This document shows positions 1 through 10,145 of a DNA stretch of 32,130 nucleotides, one piece after another. Below the pieces are notes generated by a model. It saw only the letters and a program-made list of their open reading frames with translations, did not search any database and was not told the DNA's origin. A program made the translations under genes and the position numbers. The first letter of the stretch is position 1. Every line of letters begins with the position of its first letter. Origin of the DNA: Halocafeteria seosinensis (taxonomy: Eukaryota); NCBI GenBank assembly GCA_001687465.1, contig LVLI01000259.1:1-32130 (forward strand), read 5' to 3'.

Positions 1-118
1 CGGTATGTACCCCGTTGCTAGGCTTCTTTCCAACAATCTTTTCTGCGCCTCGTGCGAGCTTAGAATGCCGGTTTTGCTGCGCTCTGTAGAGCACTTTATA
101 CACGTTGAATTGCCTCAT
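1..118 (-). CDS. possible 5' end of a gene divergent from the MPP gene (partial, runs off window)
   Basis: ATG at 118 opens a stop-free frame to the window edge (MRQFNVYKVLYRAQQNRHSKLARGAEKIVGKKPSNGVHT...); no family motif recognisable. Confidence 0.35.
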   Translation of the reverse strand, partial: MRQFNVYKVLYRAQQNRHSKLARGAEKIVGKKPSNGVHT

Positions 119-206
119 TATGTGCCCAGTGTGATAGTATATTGTCCGTAGTATACTATACTCCATACTTTGGTTGATTGCACCGACTATATCGTGTAGC
201 AAAACG

Positions 207-2211
207 ATGCAAGCTCTGAGGCGAACTCACGGTTTTTTGGGGCGTGCTACGGTAAGTTTGAGTACATTCCATGTTTTTTCAACGTTGCATATATTAGTTC
301 AATTATACCCCCTTGTCATGCTATACAGATGGCACGCTTCCAGAGCACTCAGCCGGCTGCAGCCGCGACCACGTACTCCAAGGTAAGTTCGGTTCACAAA
401 AAGCACCGGGGAACAACCCCAGGGGAGACCAAGGGGGCTCCGTTAGGAAGGGGTCCGGGAGGTATCCCTGTTCCCACTGTTTTGCTGTATATTATGTACT
501 AAAAGCGGATGAGCGGCTCATCTGGTAGCAACTAAATGATGGAAAATGTATATACTGTGTATCCATGCAGCCGTCCTGGCTGGAATCGTTGGTATTTGAT
601 CTCCCTGATCAAAATCCCTTGGACGAGGCTTTCCCTGGGTACGTGGATTCTGGAGTTTTATGAGATGAAGTTGGCTGATTCTTCATTTTTTGACCCGTCT
701 CTGCTTTGCTGATACAGTGTACCTGCTCCTCAAGGTCGTACTGCATACGTCGGAGTTGGACCTGAGAAAGTCCAGCAGTCGAAACTAGCTAACGGTGTCC
801 AGATTGGCTCAGTTGATGCTGGCGGACCTGTACGTAAAAGCTGTGCAGTGAAGTCCATAACCGCCAATCTTATGACAAGATACTTTGATTTTGCTCGTTC
901 AGTATGCATCTCTACGCTTCCACGTTAAATCAGGCACTCGGGTAGAAACAAGTAAGTGGTCTAATCGTTTTAGGTCCGAACGGAGAATCAGTAGTGTTAC
1001 CTGAACTCTCATTCTTCGTATTAACATTAACAGCCCCTGGAACGGCCTTTGTGTTGAAGAATTTGGCATTTAAAGCGACCCAGCGTAGAAGCGAGATGAA
1101 GCTATATCGTGATGTGGAGCTCACTGGGGGTGCATTTGGAGCAACGTCTCAACGTGAAGTGCTCAATTACCATTCTGGGGCCCTTCGGGACAACATTGAC
1201 TCAATGGTGGAAGGACTGGCTGAGACTATTATTCAGCCTCGGTTGGCTCATTGGGAAATTACGGAAATGATTCCTCAGCTCAATCAGCAAATAGACGCCT
1301 TCAATTCCGACCCCCAGAACGTCTTGCTGGATCAACTCCATGCTGCGGCCTTCCTCTATAACGCTGAGTCTGGTTACTCAGGACTTGGCCACCCACTGAT
1401 GCCTTCACCGGAGCAGGCTGCAAATGTTACTATTGAAGATATTAAAGAATTTATGGGGCACCATTTCAAAGCGGGAAACATCGCCATCACGGGCAACAAT
1501 ATTGATCACTCGCGGCTAGTCGATCTGTCGGATATGTACTTCCTTTCTATTCCGGAAGGTAGCAGTAAGAAGCCAGCGTCGTCGAAGTGTAGTGGAGGTG
1601 AAAGTGTCATCAGGAAGGATACAGGTGTTGCGGATTTGGCTGTCTGCCTGGAAGCCCCCTCATTACAGAGTAAGGATCTACACGTTGCGGGTGTTCTGCA
1701 GGCTTTGCTTGGGGAACAATCTCCGCGGAGGTTCGACAGGCACACCCGAGTTGCGGAATTGATGAGAGACTCTGCTAAGGCTAAGGATATAAAATCAATG
1801 CAATCGTTTATTTTTCCCTATTCGGACTCCGGGTTGATCGGCCTAATGGCCAAGGCACCAGCCGACTCAACATATTCGACAGTGGAAACTATGGCGAACC
1901 TCTTAAAAGAGCTAGCGTCGTCCACGCCCACGGCAGATGAAGTGAACCGCGCCAAGAAGGCATATCGCTTGAACTATGTTAATTCCTTAGATAGCAGTGG
2001 AGGGCCAGCAGATGTCATAGGACACCACTTATTGAGTTGGGGTAGTTATCAGGACCCTCAACCAGTTCTCCAAGCTATAGATAAAATAACCCCCGAGGAT
2101 GTGACACGCGTTGCCAGCGAGATCCTCAAAACGGAGCCGTCAATGGCAGCAATAACTTCTACGTCAGCTCGCGTTCCTCGCTTCGATAAATTTGCTGGAT
2201 TCTTCAAGTAG
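207..2211 (+). CDS. mitochondrial processing peptidase alpha / cytochrome bc1 core protein 2-like (inactive M16B peptidase)
   Basis: Exons 207-251, 329-382, 571-638, 718-829, 903-951, 1034-2211 join in frame via GT-AG introns. Arg-rich presequence MQALRRTHGFLGRATMARFQST; KLANGVQIGS, VKSGTRVE, FVLKNLAFKAT (no HxxEH), YSDSGLIG, IDKITPEDVTRVA. Confidence 0.88.
395..524 (+). other. structured hairpin element inside oversized intron 383-570 (snoRNA-like or foldback insertion)
   Basis: Nested stems GGGAACA(409-415)/TGTTCCC(469-475), GGGAGACC(423-430)/GGTATCCC(461-468), GGGCTCC(435-441)/GGGGTCC(450-456); second hairpin CGGATGAG(506-513)/CTCATCTG(517-524). Confidence 0.5.
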
Positions 2212-2248
2212 ATGCTGTTCCGTGTTTGATATAATACCACACTATTAG

Positions 2249-3193
2249 CTAGGACTCCTTCGTATTGTCATCTTGCTTTCCTTCCTTTCGGGAAACTTTG
2301 AAAGAGTGTCCACCATGTTTCTTTCGGAATTCCTCTACACGTTGATGCTCCGAAGAATTCAAAGACATCAGAGCAGGAAAGATGGCTCGGCCGACGCCAA
2401 AGGTAAACGCGGCTAGTGTAGCGAATGCTGATCCCACTACAGGTACTCTGACCGACCTCCAGCAAGCCTCCAGCCCTACTGATTTGACATCAGTTCCTGC
2501 ATAAAAAACTTTCGCCATCATACGTCGGGTTGCCAAAACCGTCGCCGTGGAAGTGATCATTCCTCCAGTCCATTCTGTAATGCGGTAGTTACGCTCTAAC
2601 AGTTGTGCTTCCAATCGTCGTAAGAATCCTTTCTGGGGATCTTTCTCGTCTCGTTTAACCACTTCAGCTGTTTGGAAAGGATCTGTGATGTCTCTCAAAC
2701 TACCAATCTGTTCGTCTAAGCGCTTCTCCATATCCAAAGTTAATCCACTGGCGTGGGCTCTGTCAACGATTAAGGAAGTTACGAAGATATCCCCGCCTAC
2801 CATGGACAAGGGCAGTACGAGCGGCATTGCGTAGCCTATGCACGCTCCGACGACAGAGTGCGCAAGACCGTGCATGACCGTCGAACGACTTAAAATTCGA
2901 AAGACCTCGGATGTAGACGGCCGGGGGCAATGTTGAGGGTCTTGGGCTGATAATTGAAGAAGTCGCCGGTGCTCAGCGATGCCTCGCAGTCCTCCCAGCA
3001 GCGTCCCTCCACCCCATCCAATGACGCCACCGACTTTTGCGCGCATTGTCCAGTTCGGATCCTCCTGAGTTCGGAAAATCGAAATGGCCGTCTCTCGGAA
3101 CGTGTCAAATGAATAGCGAAAGGCTCCTGTTTGTTGCTTTTGGGCGTTGGCGGCGGTGGCAGAGCCATCCCGTGTACTCTGACTGTTTCCCAT
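2249..3193 (-). CDS. uncharacterised Gly-rich membrane protein with N-myristoylation-like start
   Basis: Long intronless ORF; first ATG gives MGNSQS (MGxxxS); hydrophobic GxxxG segments (VGGVIGWGGGTLLGG, VVGACIGYAMPLVLP, VVGSAFATLAAFTFGVG). Confidence 0.75.
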   Translation of the reverse strand: MGNSQSTRDGSATAANAQKQQTGAFRYSFDTFRETAISIFRTQEDPNWTMRAKVGGVIGWGGGTLLGGLRGIAEHRRLLQLSAQDPQHCPRPSTSEVFRILSRSTVMHGLAHSVVGACIGYAMPLVLPLSMVGGDIFVTSLIVDRAHASGLTLDMEKRLDEQIGSLRDITDPFQTAEVVKRDEKDPQKGFLRRLEAQLLERNYRITEWTGGMITSTATVLATRRMMAKVFYAGTDVKSVGLEACWRSVRVPVVGSAFATLAAFTFGVGRAIFPALMSLNSSEHQRVEEFRKKHGGHSFKVSRKEGKQDDNTKES

Positions 3194-3407
3194 GATTGAG
3201 ATCCTCGTATCTCCAAGTGCTAACAACGTGAACCAAATCAGCTTGTAGAAAGAGGTGCTCACAATAGCCTATGTGGTGTATTTGTTGAAGTTCGCGAAGG
3301 AGCCGGTTTTGGCGACTTCACACGGAGTGCCGTGGTCAAGAATTACCGGTATGGTATGTTTTTACAAATCACACACGTAGACCAAAGATGGCGGTAAAGC
3401 AATGTAG

Positions 3408-4484
3408 CTAATCAATCTCAATTACTTCGGGAGAGGATTTTATGTTTCTCGCTCGTTTCCCTCGTTTCGCCGTGCCCGTGGATGACGAGCCTGTGCAATC
3501 AATGTCCGGTTCGACAGCAGCTGAGGAGGAGGAGGACACCGTTTTACCAGAGGCTTTTCTTTTCCTTTGCCGATTTTTTGGCGGGGAGTCGTCCGCAATA
3601 TCTAACTCGATATGGTCAGTAGCCGGAGCCGCAGCTGACCTGTGTGTTGTAGCCGTAGCAGACCTGCTGCTGGTACTGCTACTGGAAGCAGCTGCCTCTG
3701 GGTTTCCCACAATTTCGCGCAATCTTTCAATTAGTGTATCCAGGTGACTTTGGGTAGCTGCCGAGTCGAGCCGGTGGTTGTAGAAAGTGTTCCTCACCGC
3801 TCGTCCCTTTGGTTCCCGCAGGTTGTGTTGAAACGACTCCACTACTTTCTTCCAATTTTCTTCCTGTTGCAAATACTCTTTTAGACATGACGTAAAGTAC
3901 TGCCTTGCGTTTTCATTCGGGATAGGCACTTTGTAACTCTTATGAGCGAGTTGTTTCACGGATAGATGTCGCAAAAACGCATTGTAGTTGAGTACTGGTT
4001 CTGATTTCATATCTTCGAATGACGGTTCGCATTGCAAGGGATAATCCTCGTTAATTATCATCTCTATGTTCTGTGCTCTGCACTCCCATATTCACCCTTA
4101 ACTTCACCACACAGAGGTTAAAAAGTCAACTTCAAACCCACCCACTTACAGTGTATGGAGGGTAAAAGCAGCGGTCCAACCTGGTCCCTGCCATGTCCCC
4201 AAGATACTCAAACAGATTTTGCCGTCGGCGTACAAATTGGGATGCACGCGGGCTGAGTCCACGCTGATATACTTGGCTACGGGAGGAAAGAATGGATACG
4301 CTTGTTGGCCTTCGCCCAATTTGAAATGCACGAAGAACGGCATCACGCCATAGCAGCTGTCCGGACTGGAGAGGATCATGAGGTATCCGGTCCGATCATC
4401 GTTGTAGTACATGTACAAGGTATCACTTTCGTTGCATTGCTTCATGGAGCGCTCCACGTTTCGTAAAGCCAGTTTATCCGCCAT
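3408..4484 (-). CDS. E2 ubiquitin-conjugating enzyme, UBE2Z/BIRC6/UBE2O-type UBC domain with low-complexity tail
   Basis: Exons 4484-4150 and 4077-3408 (intron 4149-4078, GTAAGT..TGCAG); YPFFPP, HPNLYADGKICLSILGTWQGPGW with catalytic Cys, then PLQCEPSFE. Confidence 0.88.
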
Positions 4485-4699
4485 GATTGCTCAAACAGTG
4501 GCACGTAGATCGTACTCCTGTCTACAGCCACACCGCCGAACGAAAATCAAGACCAGTCAGGGCGAGTAACGCGCTGTACTGTACAAACACTTCGACAAAA
4601 GTAGCTTCAGTAGAAACTTCCCACTAAGAACTTCTTGCAGGGAGTGAACGTAGCCGCAAACTTCAACGACAAAGCTGGATACCAGCTGGTGCGAAGGAA

Positions 4700-4760
4700 G
4701 TTAGATGTATGGTAGTCAGTGGAAGATGTATGGTGGTTAGATGTATGGTAATCAGTGGAA
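4700..4760. repeat. short tandem duplication (36-bp period)
   Basis: GTTAGATGTATGGTA(G/A)TCAGTGGAA at 4700-4724 and 4736-4760; core AGATGTATGGT occurs three times. Confidence 0.85.
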
Positions 4761-4958
4761 ACGCACACTATCCTACCCGGCAAACTAGTAAATCGCACGA
4801 AAAAGCCACAAGGTGTAAAGTATGTTACAACCATTTAGTCGTACCCCAAAAGCCAAAAACTTTGGACTAAAATAGACTGATAAACCATCGTCGTGCTGCC
4901 TTCGATTTAAGGAGCGAGCGACGGAGTCATACCAAGTAGTTTTTAGCAACAGTCTCTC

Positions 4959-5959
4959 TCATGCTTTTCTAGCTCTTCCAGCTCTTTTTGGTTTTGCGTC
5001 GAGTATCTCCACCTCACCATCCGTAGTTTCTATCGCCGCTTTTGCGCGTCCACGCTTACTAGTTGTTGCCGTCTTTCCATTCCGAGCTTTCTTGACAGGG
5101 GCAGCAGCACTGTCATGGTCATCTTCCGTAAGGTCTATGGTTGGTTCTTCTTTTTCTTTATTCCGTTTTCGGGCAGCGGAGGTGGCTGCTGCTTTGCCAC
5201 CTCGCTGCTTCCTACCCGTAGCCTGTTGGGATTCCCCAGCGGCAGTGTCTGCTCCAACCTCAGCCCTTTGGTTCGTTTTGGTATCTTTCTCCGCAGGAGT
5301 CTTTGGGACTGAGATCTCGTGCACAGGATCCCCAGGTGGCGGTCGTTTACCCTCCGATTCTTCGATGATATCGGGGAACAAAGAACGAAATATCGGATTC
5401 TTCTTATTAAACTCCATGCTAGCCTTTGCTAATTTCTTCTTAGTTTGCTTATCAGAAGTGATGCGGCCTACGCCATCTGCATCCTCGTCAACCATAAACG
5501 ACATGAACCCAGTAAGTATGGTAGCTATACCTGCAAAAGGAGCAACTAAGATTATAGATATAAGTCAGCAAGAAGCAGCGAGAAGAAAAATACTTACCCC
5601 ACGCTGGATTCCAAGTCTCTTGGTGAAAATTTGTTATACTCATGCATATATTCACGCTTGGTTGGAACCTTCCACTCGGAGTAAACAGCTTTATAGCTGG
5701 AGCCTTCATTGGATACTCACTCGGCAGTTCGATCACACCGTGGTAATACCCTCCTTCAAAGGGCGTGTTTTCCGGTCCTCGCACAACATAGTGAAATTCG
5801 AGCAGATTGTTTTCACGTGGTCTAGCCTGTGACAAACACGACGAATACAATCCTTTGTATCCAGGGATATGCACAAATGAAGGCGGCTCATACCGTGATT
5901 TGTTTCGGCAATGACTGGGGAAAGCGGCTAATCTCCTTCTGCAAACGCTTAGAGGCCAT
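4959..5959 (-). CDS. E2 ubiquitin-conjugating enzyme, Ubc6/UBE2J family, lacking C-terminal membrane anchor
   Basis: Exons 5959-5894, 5826-5598, 5530-4959: MASKRLQKE..ARPRENNLLEFHYVVRGPENTPFEGGYYHG..YPMKAPAIKLFTPSGRF..ICMSITNFHQETWNPAWGIATILTGFMSFM, the Ubc6 signature (TPxGRF, ICLSxSxFH, WNPAW). Confidence 0.9.
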
Positions 5960-6516
5960 CGAAGGGACGTGACCAGAAGCTCCTGACGCCATTTTATACT
6001 CAATTTATACCCGACACAATTTCAAAAAACGCGAAAAACTTCCTCCGGACGGCAAATCCAACCCTGCGGCGTATTCCGAGGGTGTGAGAAATAGACTAAT
6101 TACACTTTTCCAGGAAACTATTCCGTCTCTGACACTCGCTAGAATGAAAATAAGACTGTACAATACGACACTGCAACAAAATTTCCCCAGGGGCAACGCC
6201 GGCGAGGCTCTATCAAGTCGAAGCGTGCTCAAAGTGTGAAGTCACGGCCTGGCGCAACTTCAACTTGTCATTGCGTCTCTCGTTTCGCGCGTGGGGCGAC
6301 CCGTAGTGTAACAGGATGGTTTGGAGATGAACATGATTCGTTTGAGAGTGAATTGTCACTCCGTATGAATGATCATGCCACCGGGGGGTGCTTGTATAGT
6401 CTGGTGTGGGCAGTAAACAACTTCAACGTGCCGTTAACGGCTTCCCCTGTAGAGGTCCCCTAGATTTTCCTTTTTGTTGTTTCCGTCTCGCAGTGAGACC
6501 TCTATAGAACGATATA

Positions 6517-9500
6517 ATGGATGATAGGAACGAATCTGGCGAGGAGAGCGAGGTGAACTACGGGAATGAATCGCAGCAAGAGGATTTCAGCGGAGGAAAC
6601 GAAGAAAATGAGTGGAATGGGGAGGAAAACGACAATGGAGAGGGTCCCGAAGGTTGGTCTCAGGGCGATATTGGGGACGATAATGATGGCTCTAGGCCTT
6701 GTACGCACGAAACTGGTGGTTCAGAAGGAGGTGTAGACGAGGCCGGAAGCAGCCAGCATTCGTCCTTGGGTGTAGAAGGGGAAGAGGAAGGTGGCTACTA
6801 TCAGTTCCAAGATACCCAGGAGGGCGATGACTTCGTTGCTCGTGATTATGAAGGAGAGCAGCATGGGGGCGATGCCCAAGAAGGTGGGCAGCATACGGAG
6901 CGTACAGATCAGACGGATGGTGGCGGCGAAGGAGGAGACCGGCAGCAGCCTACTCAGGAGCAAGAGGACCATATTGCAGCGTTATTACAAGAACCTGTCC
7001 AAGACGATACAGGTGGCGAAGATCAAGCCACAGACGAGTTTGATGATGTGCCTGACTTTGCGAATAAGTATAATCGCGACTTACATGCTGAAATCCTGCA
7101 GCATGAAAAGGAAGTGCTGCGACACGAACGAAGTGCAGAGGAGCACAAGAATCGTGTGTCGGTCATGCGCGAACATTTGCGAAATGTTCAGAACGAAATT
7201 CAGCATACGCAGAAACTTGTGGAAGCACGAAACCAAGAAATTAAGACCGAGGATCACATGCGGCAGATGAGTGAACGGTCTCTGGCCAAAGTTAGAAAGG
7301 AGTTGGAGGACTTGAAGAAACGAAACCAGGAGATTCAAGACCAAATATCCTCTGTGCAGTTGCAACTCCACAATAATAACCAAACGCTAGAGCAATTTCG
7401 CGAGCAGATGAATTGGAACCAGCAAGAATTAGAACAATGGGTTGAGGCGGCACATCAAAAGGATGAAGATAATATGGCGTTAGAAAAGTACACAAAAGCT
7501 GACGACCAAAAGACTCGGGATCTGGCCAGAAGACTAGAAAAGCTTACTGATGATCTCAATCAAAAGCAAAGGGGTCTAGACCATGAGGTGACGGAGACCC
7601 AGGCTAAGCAGATTGAACTTGACAAGACGGCCGACGACTTCCATGCACTTCACTCGGAGCGCCAAGAACTGGTAGGGAAATGGAAAGAAGCCATTCGGAT
7701 TATGGAGTCTCGGGATAATGAAATCGCGGAGGCTGGGGAACGGTTTGCGACAGCTAAAACAAAACTTGCACAGAGGAAGGAATCGATCTCCGAGCTTAAC
7801 CGGGTGCTCAACAGGCAAAAACGAGACAATCAAGAAATGGAGGAAGAAATAAAGAAAGTCAACTTACTGGCTGGAAGGAAGCGTGACGAATACAAGGCTA
7901 TCCACGAGCGCTTTCAGAACTATAAAAACGACGTAGAACTGCTGAAATCTGAACTGGATAAAGCTGCTTCAGACTTGACGCAGTTGCGGGCAACGAATAA
8001 GAACTATTCAGCGGCCATTGAAGAGAAGCGGCAGCAAGTTGAGATGGCCGAACAGCGACTCAAATCAACCCAGCAAAAATTGGAGAAAGCAAAGGAGCAC
8101 ACGAGCAAAGTAGAGAAGACTGCGACACAGCGAGAAGAGGAAGCCGAAGAAGAAAATAAGCGCCTTGCAAGCATTGAGAGGGAAATCGAGGGGCTTAAGG
8201 AGAAGTCATTCCGGCAGAACCAAGAGCTGTTCCAACTTAAGAAAGAGGAAAGCAACTTAATAGCCGAAATATCAGGAGCTCGCTCCACGCTAAAGACTCT
8301 AACAGACAAAATTAATTCGCTCGATGCAGAGGCTCTTCGCCAACAAGAGTTGGTGTACTCTGCTGACTTCCAAATTCAGCAAATGGAGCGCAAGGTAGCA
8401 AGAGCAAAGGGGGAAAGAAGTGATGAGGAAAAGAAAATTTTGCAAGCGCGAATTGATGAGCTGACTCAGGAGCGAGATGAAATTCAGGCTCAGGAAAAGA
8501 AACTACGTGAACAATCGAAGAAATTACGGGAAGAAGTTAAAGCTGTCAATCGAGAGCAGGAACAGCTAGATCAGAAGATTAAAGACATTGAAGGCAAGAC
8601 GGAGGAGCTAATGCTGGAAAACAAGAGCGCTGGGGCTACTCTCAAGTCTGTTTCCAAGGAGAAAGAGGATGCAATGGTTGAGCACGATTTGCTGAAACTC
8701 GAGGTTCGGAAGCTCAGGAGCGCTTTGAGCGAGAGAAGTGACGAAGTTTACAGCCTCGAAAACAGGATGACCCAATTACAACTTTCCAAAGAGGAGCGGA
8801 AGAAAGATATAGAGTCGCATCAGCGGATGCAAAAGGGGAACCTGAAACTGCTAGAAGAGGAACGACATAAATTGGCAATGGATGTACAAAATAGAGGTTC
8901 GCAAGTACAAAAGCTCCGCAACAAATACAAGACAGTATGCGACCGTATACGGGGTGCCGACGATGATGACGGTGGCCAACCTCGTAGCCAAGCGCACTTT
9001 GTTATCCAGCAAGCACAAAAGCGGGAAGAACTGCAGCGTGAAGGTGATGAGTTGGATGCGTCAATTAAACAGTGTGAACGAGAAATTAAAGCCTTGGTGA
9101 CGACACTAAAGCATTTGTCGATCCGGAACAGCGAATTTCGAACGTCTTTCCACAAGGCTGACGAAGACAACTCCAAAACTCAAACTCTACAATCCCTTGA
9201 GCAACAGACCAAGGACTCCACAGACTTATTGTTCAAGAAAAAGCGTGAGCTTCAAAGGGTAACCGCTGAAGTGGATGAAGAGAAACAGCGACAGCGCACT
9301 CTTAAGGATCAACAAGAGCAAACCAACAACCGAATAGAGACGTTGCAGAAGAAGCGAAGTGAAGCTTCGAAAGACCAGGAGAACCAGCTGAATCGGCTGA
9401 CGGAGAAGCAAGAGCAGTTGGAAGAAGTCAAAAGCAATTTCCGTGATCATGTGGGGGTAGAGGAGCAAGATCTCTACGATGCATGTGAGAAAAACATAGA

Positions 9501-9897
9501 GGCCGCAGCTGTTAAAGCAGCCACACAAAATGTATTGTATACTCTGAAGCAGCTGGCAGGGTTGAATAAGTTTCCTCAACTCTCCAAAGCTGTACAAGAG
9601 AAAGCAAAGGCCAGGCAACTGTCCCTCCCTGCTCGACCGCCGCGACCCAAAGGTGTAGAAGGACAGTCGAGTAGTCATGCTGCTTCCGCAGTGATGCCAC
9701 CTGGAACTGGAGGCGACACAACCGGGGAGAGCGGTGGAGGTAGTCTCCAATCACGATCTCAGCGAGATAGCAGCCGAACCGGGTCTTATTGGGGTGGTCA
9801 GAAGACTACTTCTCGTCCCGCGACAGGATCCTCCCAGCAAAGCACTCCCAGTCAATCGAGTGCTGTCCAAGTTAAGACTTTCGATTTCGGACTTTAG
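6517..9897 (+). CDS. CCDC39: coiled-coil domain-containing protein 39 (axonemal 96-nm ruler, FAP59)
   Basis: 1126-aa single ORF, long coiled coil with CCDC39-type segments MNWNQQELEQW, DEDNMALEKYTKADD, ETQAKQIELDKTADDF, QQELVYSADFQIQQMERKVARAKGERS, AQKREELQREGDELDASI. Confidence 0.9.
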   Translation: MDDRNESGEESEVNYGNESQQEDFSGGNEENEWNGEENDNGEGPEGWSQGDIGDDNDGSRPCTHETGGSEGGVDEAGSSQHSSLGVEGEEEGGYYQFQDTQEGDDFVARDYEGEQHGGDAQEGGQHTERTDQTDGGGEGGDRQQPTQEQEDHIAALLQEPVQDDTGGEDQATDEFDDVPDFANKYNRDLHAEILQHEKEVLRHERSAEEHKNRVSVMREHLRNVQNEIQHTQKLVEARNQEIKTEDHMRQMSERSLAKVRKELEDLKKRNQEIQDQISSVQLQLHNNNQTLEQFREQMNWNQQELEQWVEAAHQKDEDNMALEKYTKADDQKTRDLARRLEKLTDDLNQKQRGLDHEVTETQAKQIELDKTADDFHALHSERQELVGKWKEAIRIMESRDNEIAEAGERFATAKTKLAQRKESISELNRVLNRQKRDNQEMEEEIKKVNLLAGRKRDEYKAIHERFQNYKNDVELLKSELDKAASDLTQLRATNKNYSAAIEEKRQQVEMAEQRLKSTQQKLEKAKEHTSKVEKTATQREEEAEEENKRLASIEREIEGLKEKSFRQNQELFQLKKEESNLIAEISGARSTLKTLTDKINSLDAEALRQQELVYSADFQIQQMERKVARAKGERSDEEKKILQARIDELTQERDEIQAQEKKLREQSKKLREEVKAVNREQEQLDQKIKDIEGKTEELMLENKSAGATLKSVSKEKEDAMVEHDLLKLEVRKLRSALSERSDEVYSLENRMTQLQLSKEERKKDIESHQRMQKGNLKLLEEERHKLAMDVQNRGSQVQKLRNKYKTVCDRIRGADDDDGGQPRSQAHFVIQQAQKREELQREGDELDASIKQCEREIKALVTTLKHLSIRNSEFRTSFHKADEDNSKTQTLQSLEQQTKDSTDLLFKKKRELQRVTAEVDEEKQRQRTLKDQQEQTNNRIETLQKKRSEASKDQENQLNRLTEKQEQLEEVKSNFRDHVGVEEQDLYDACEKNIEAAAVKAATQNVLYTLKQLAGLNKFPQLSKAVQEKAKARQLSLPARPPRPKGVEGQSSSHAASAVMPPGTGGDTTGESGGGSLQSRSQRDSSRTGSYWGGQKTTSRPATGSSQQSTPSQSSAVQVKTFDFGL

Positions 9898-10145
9898 GAA
9901 GTTCCGTTCATGTAGCTAGTCAAAAGTCAATAAACTCAGCAACACGTTTTGTTATCTAAGGGTATGTATGTACCTTTGATAAAGTTCAACTATTAACTCC
10001 CCCTCTCCAAGCGACGCCGTTGAATCATTGGTTCGTCAACCAATCCGAATGACGTCATACACCACATGTAATGAATTCGTTCGGGTTTGTTGAGTTTGTG
10101 TTAAATTAAGTTATACTTTAAGTTCTTCAGTGAAATTCAAAAAAA

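Noticed and set aside
4700..4760. Repeat-spacer-like pattern as a CRISPR array
   Set aside because: Only two units, the spacer is itself part of the repeat, eukaryotic context, no cas genes
5092..5832. 246-aa plus-strand ORF and similar antisense ORFs over CCDC39, DRC7 and others
   Set aside because: Shadows of real genes on the opposite strand; no independent motifs
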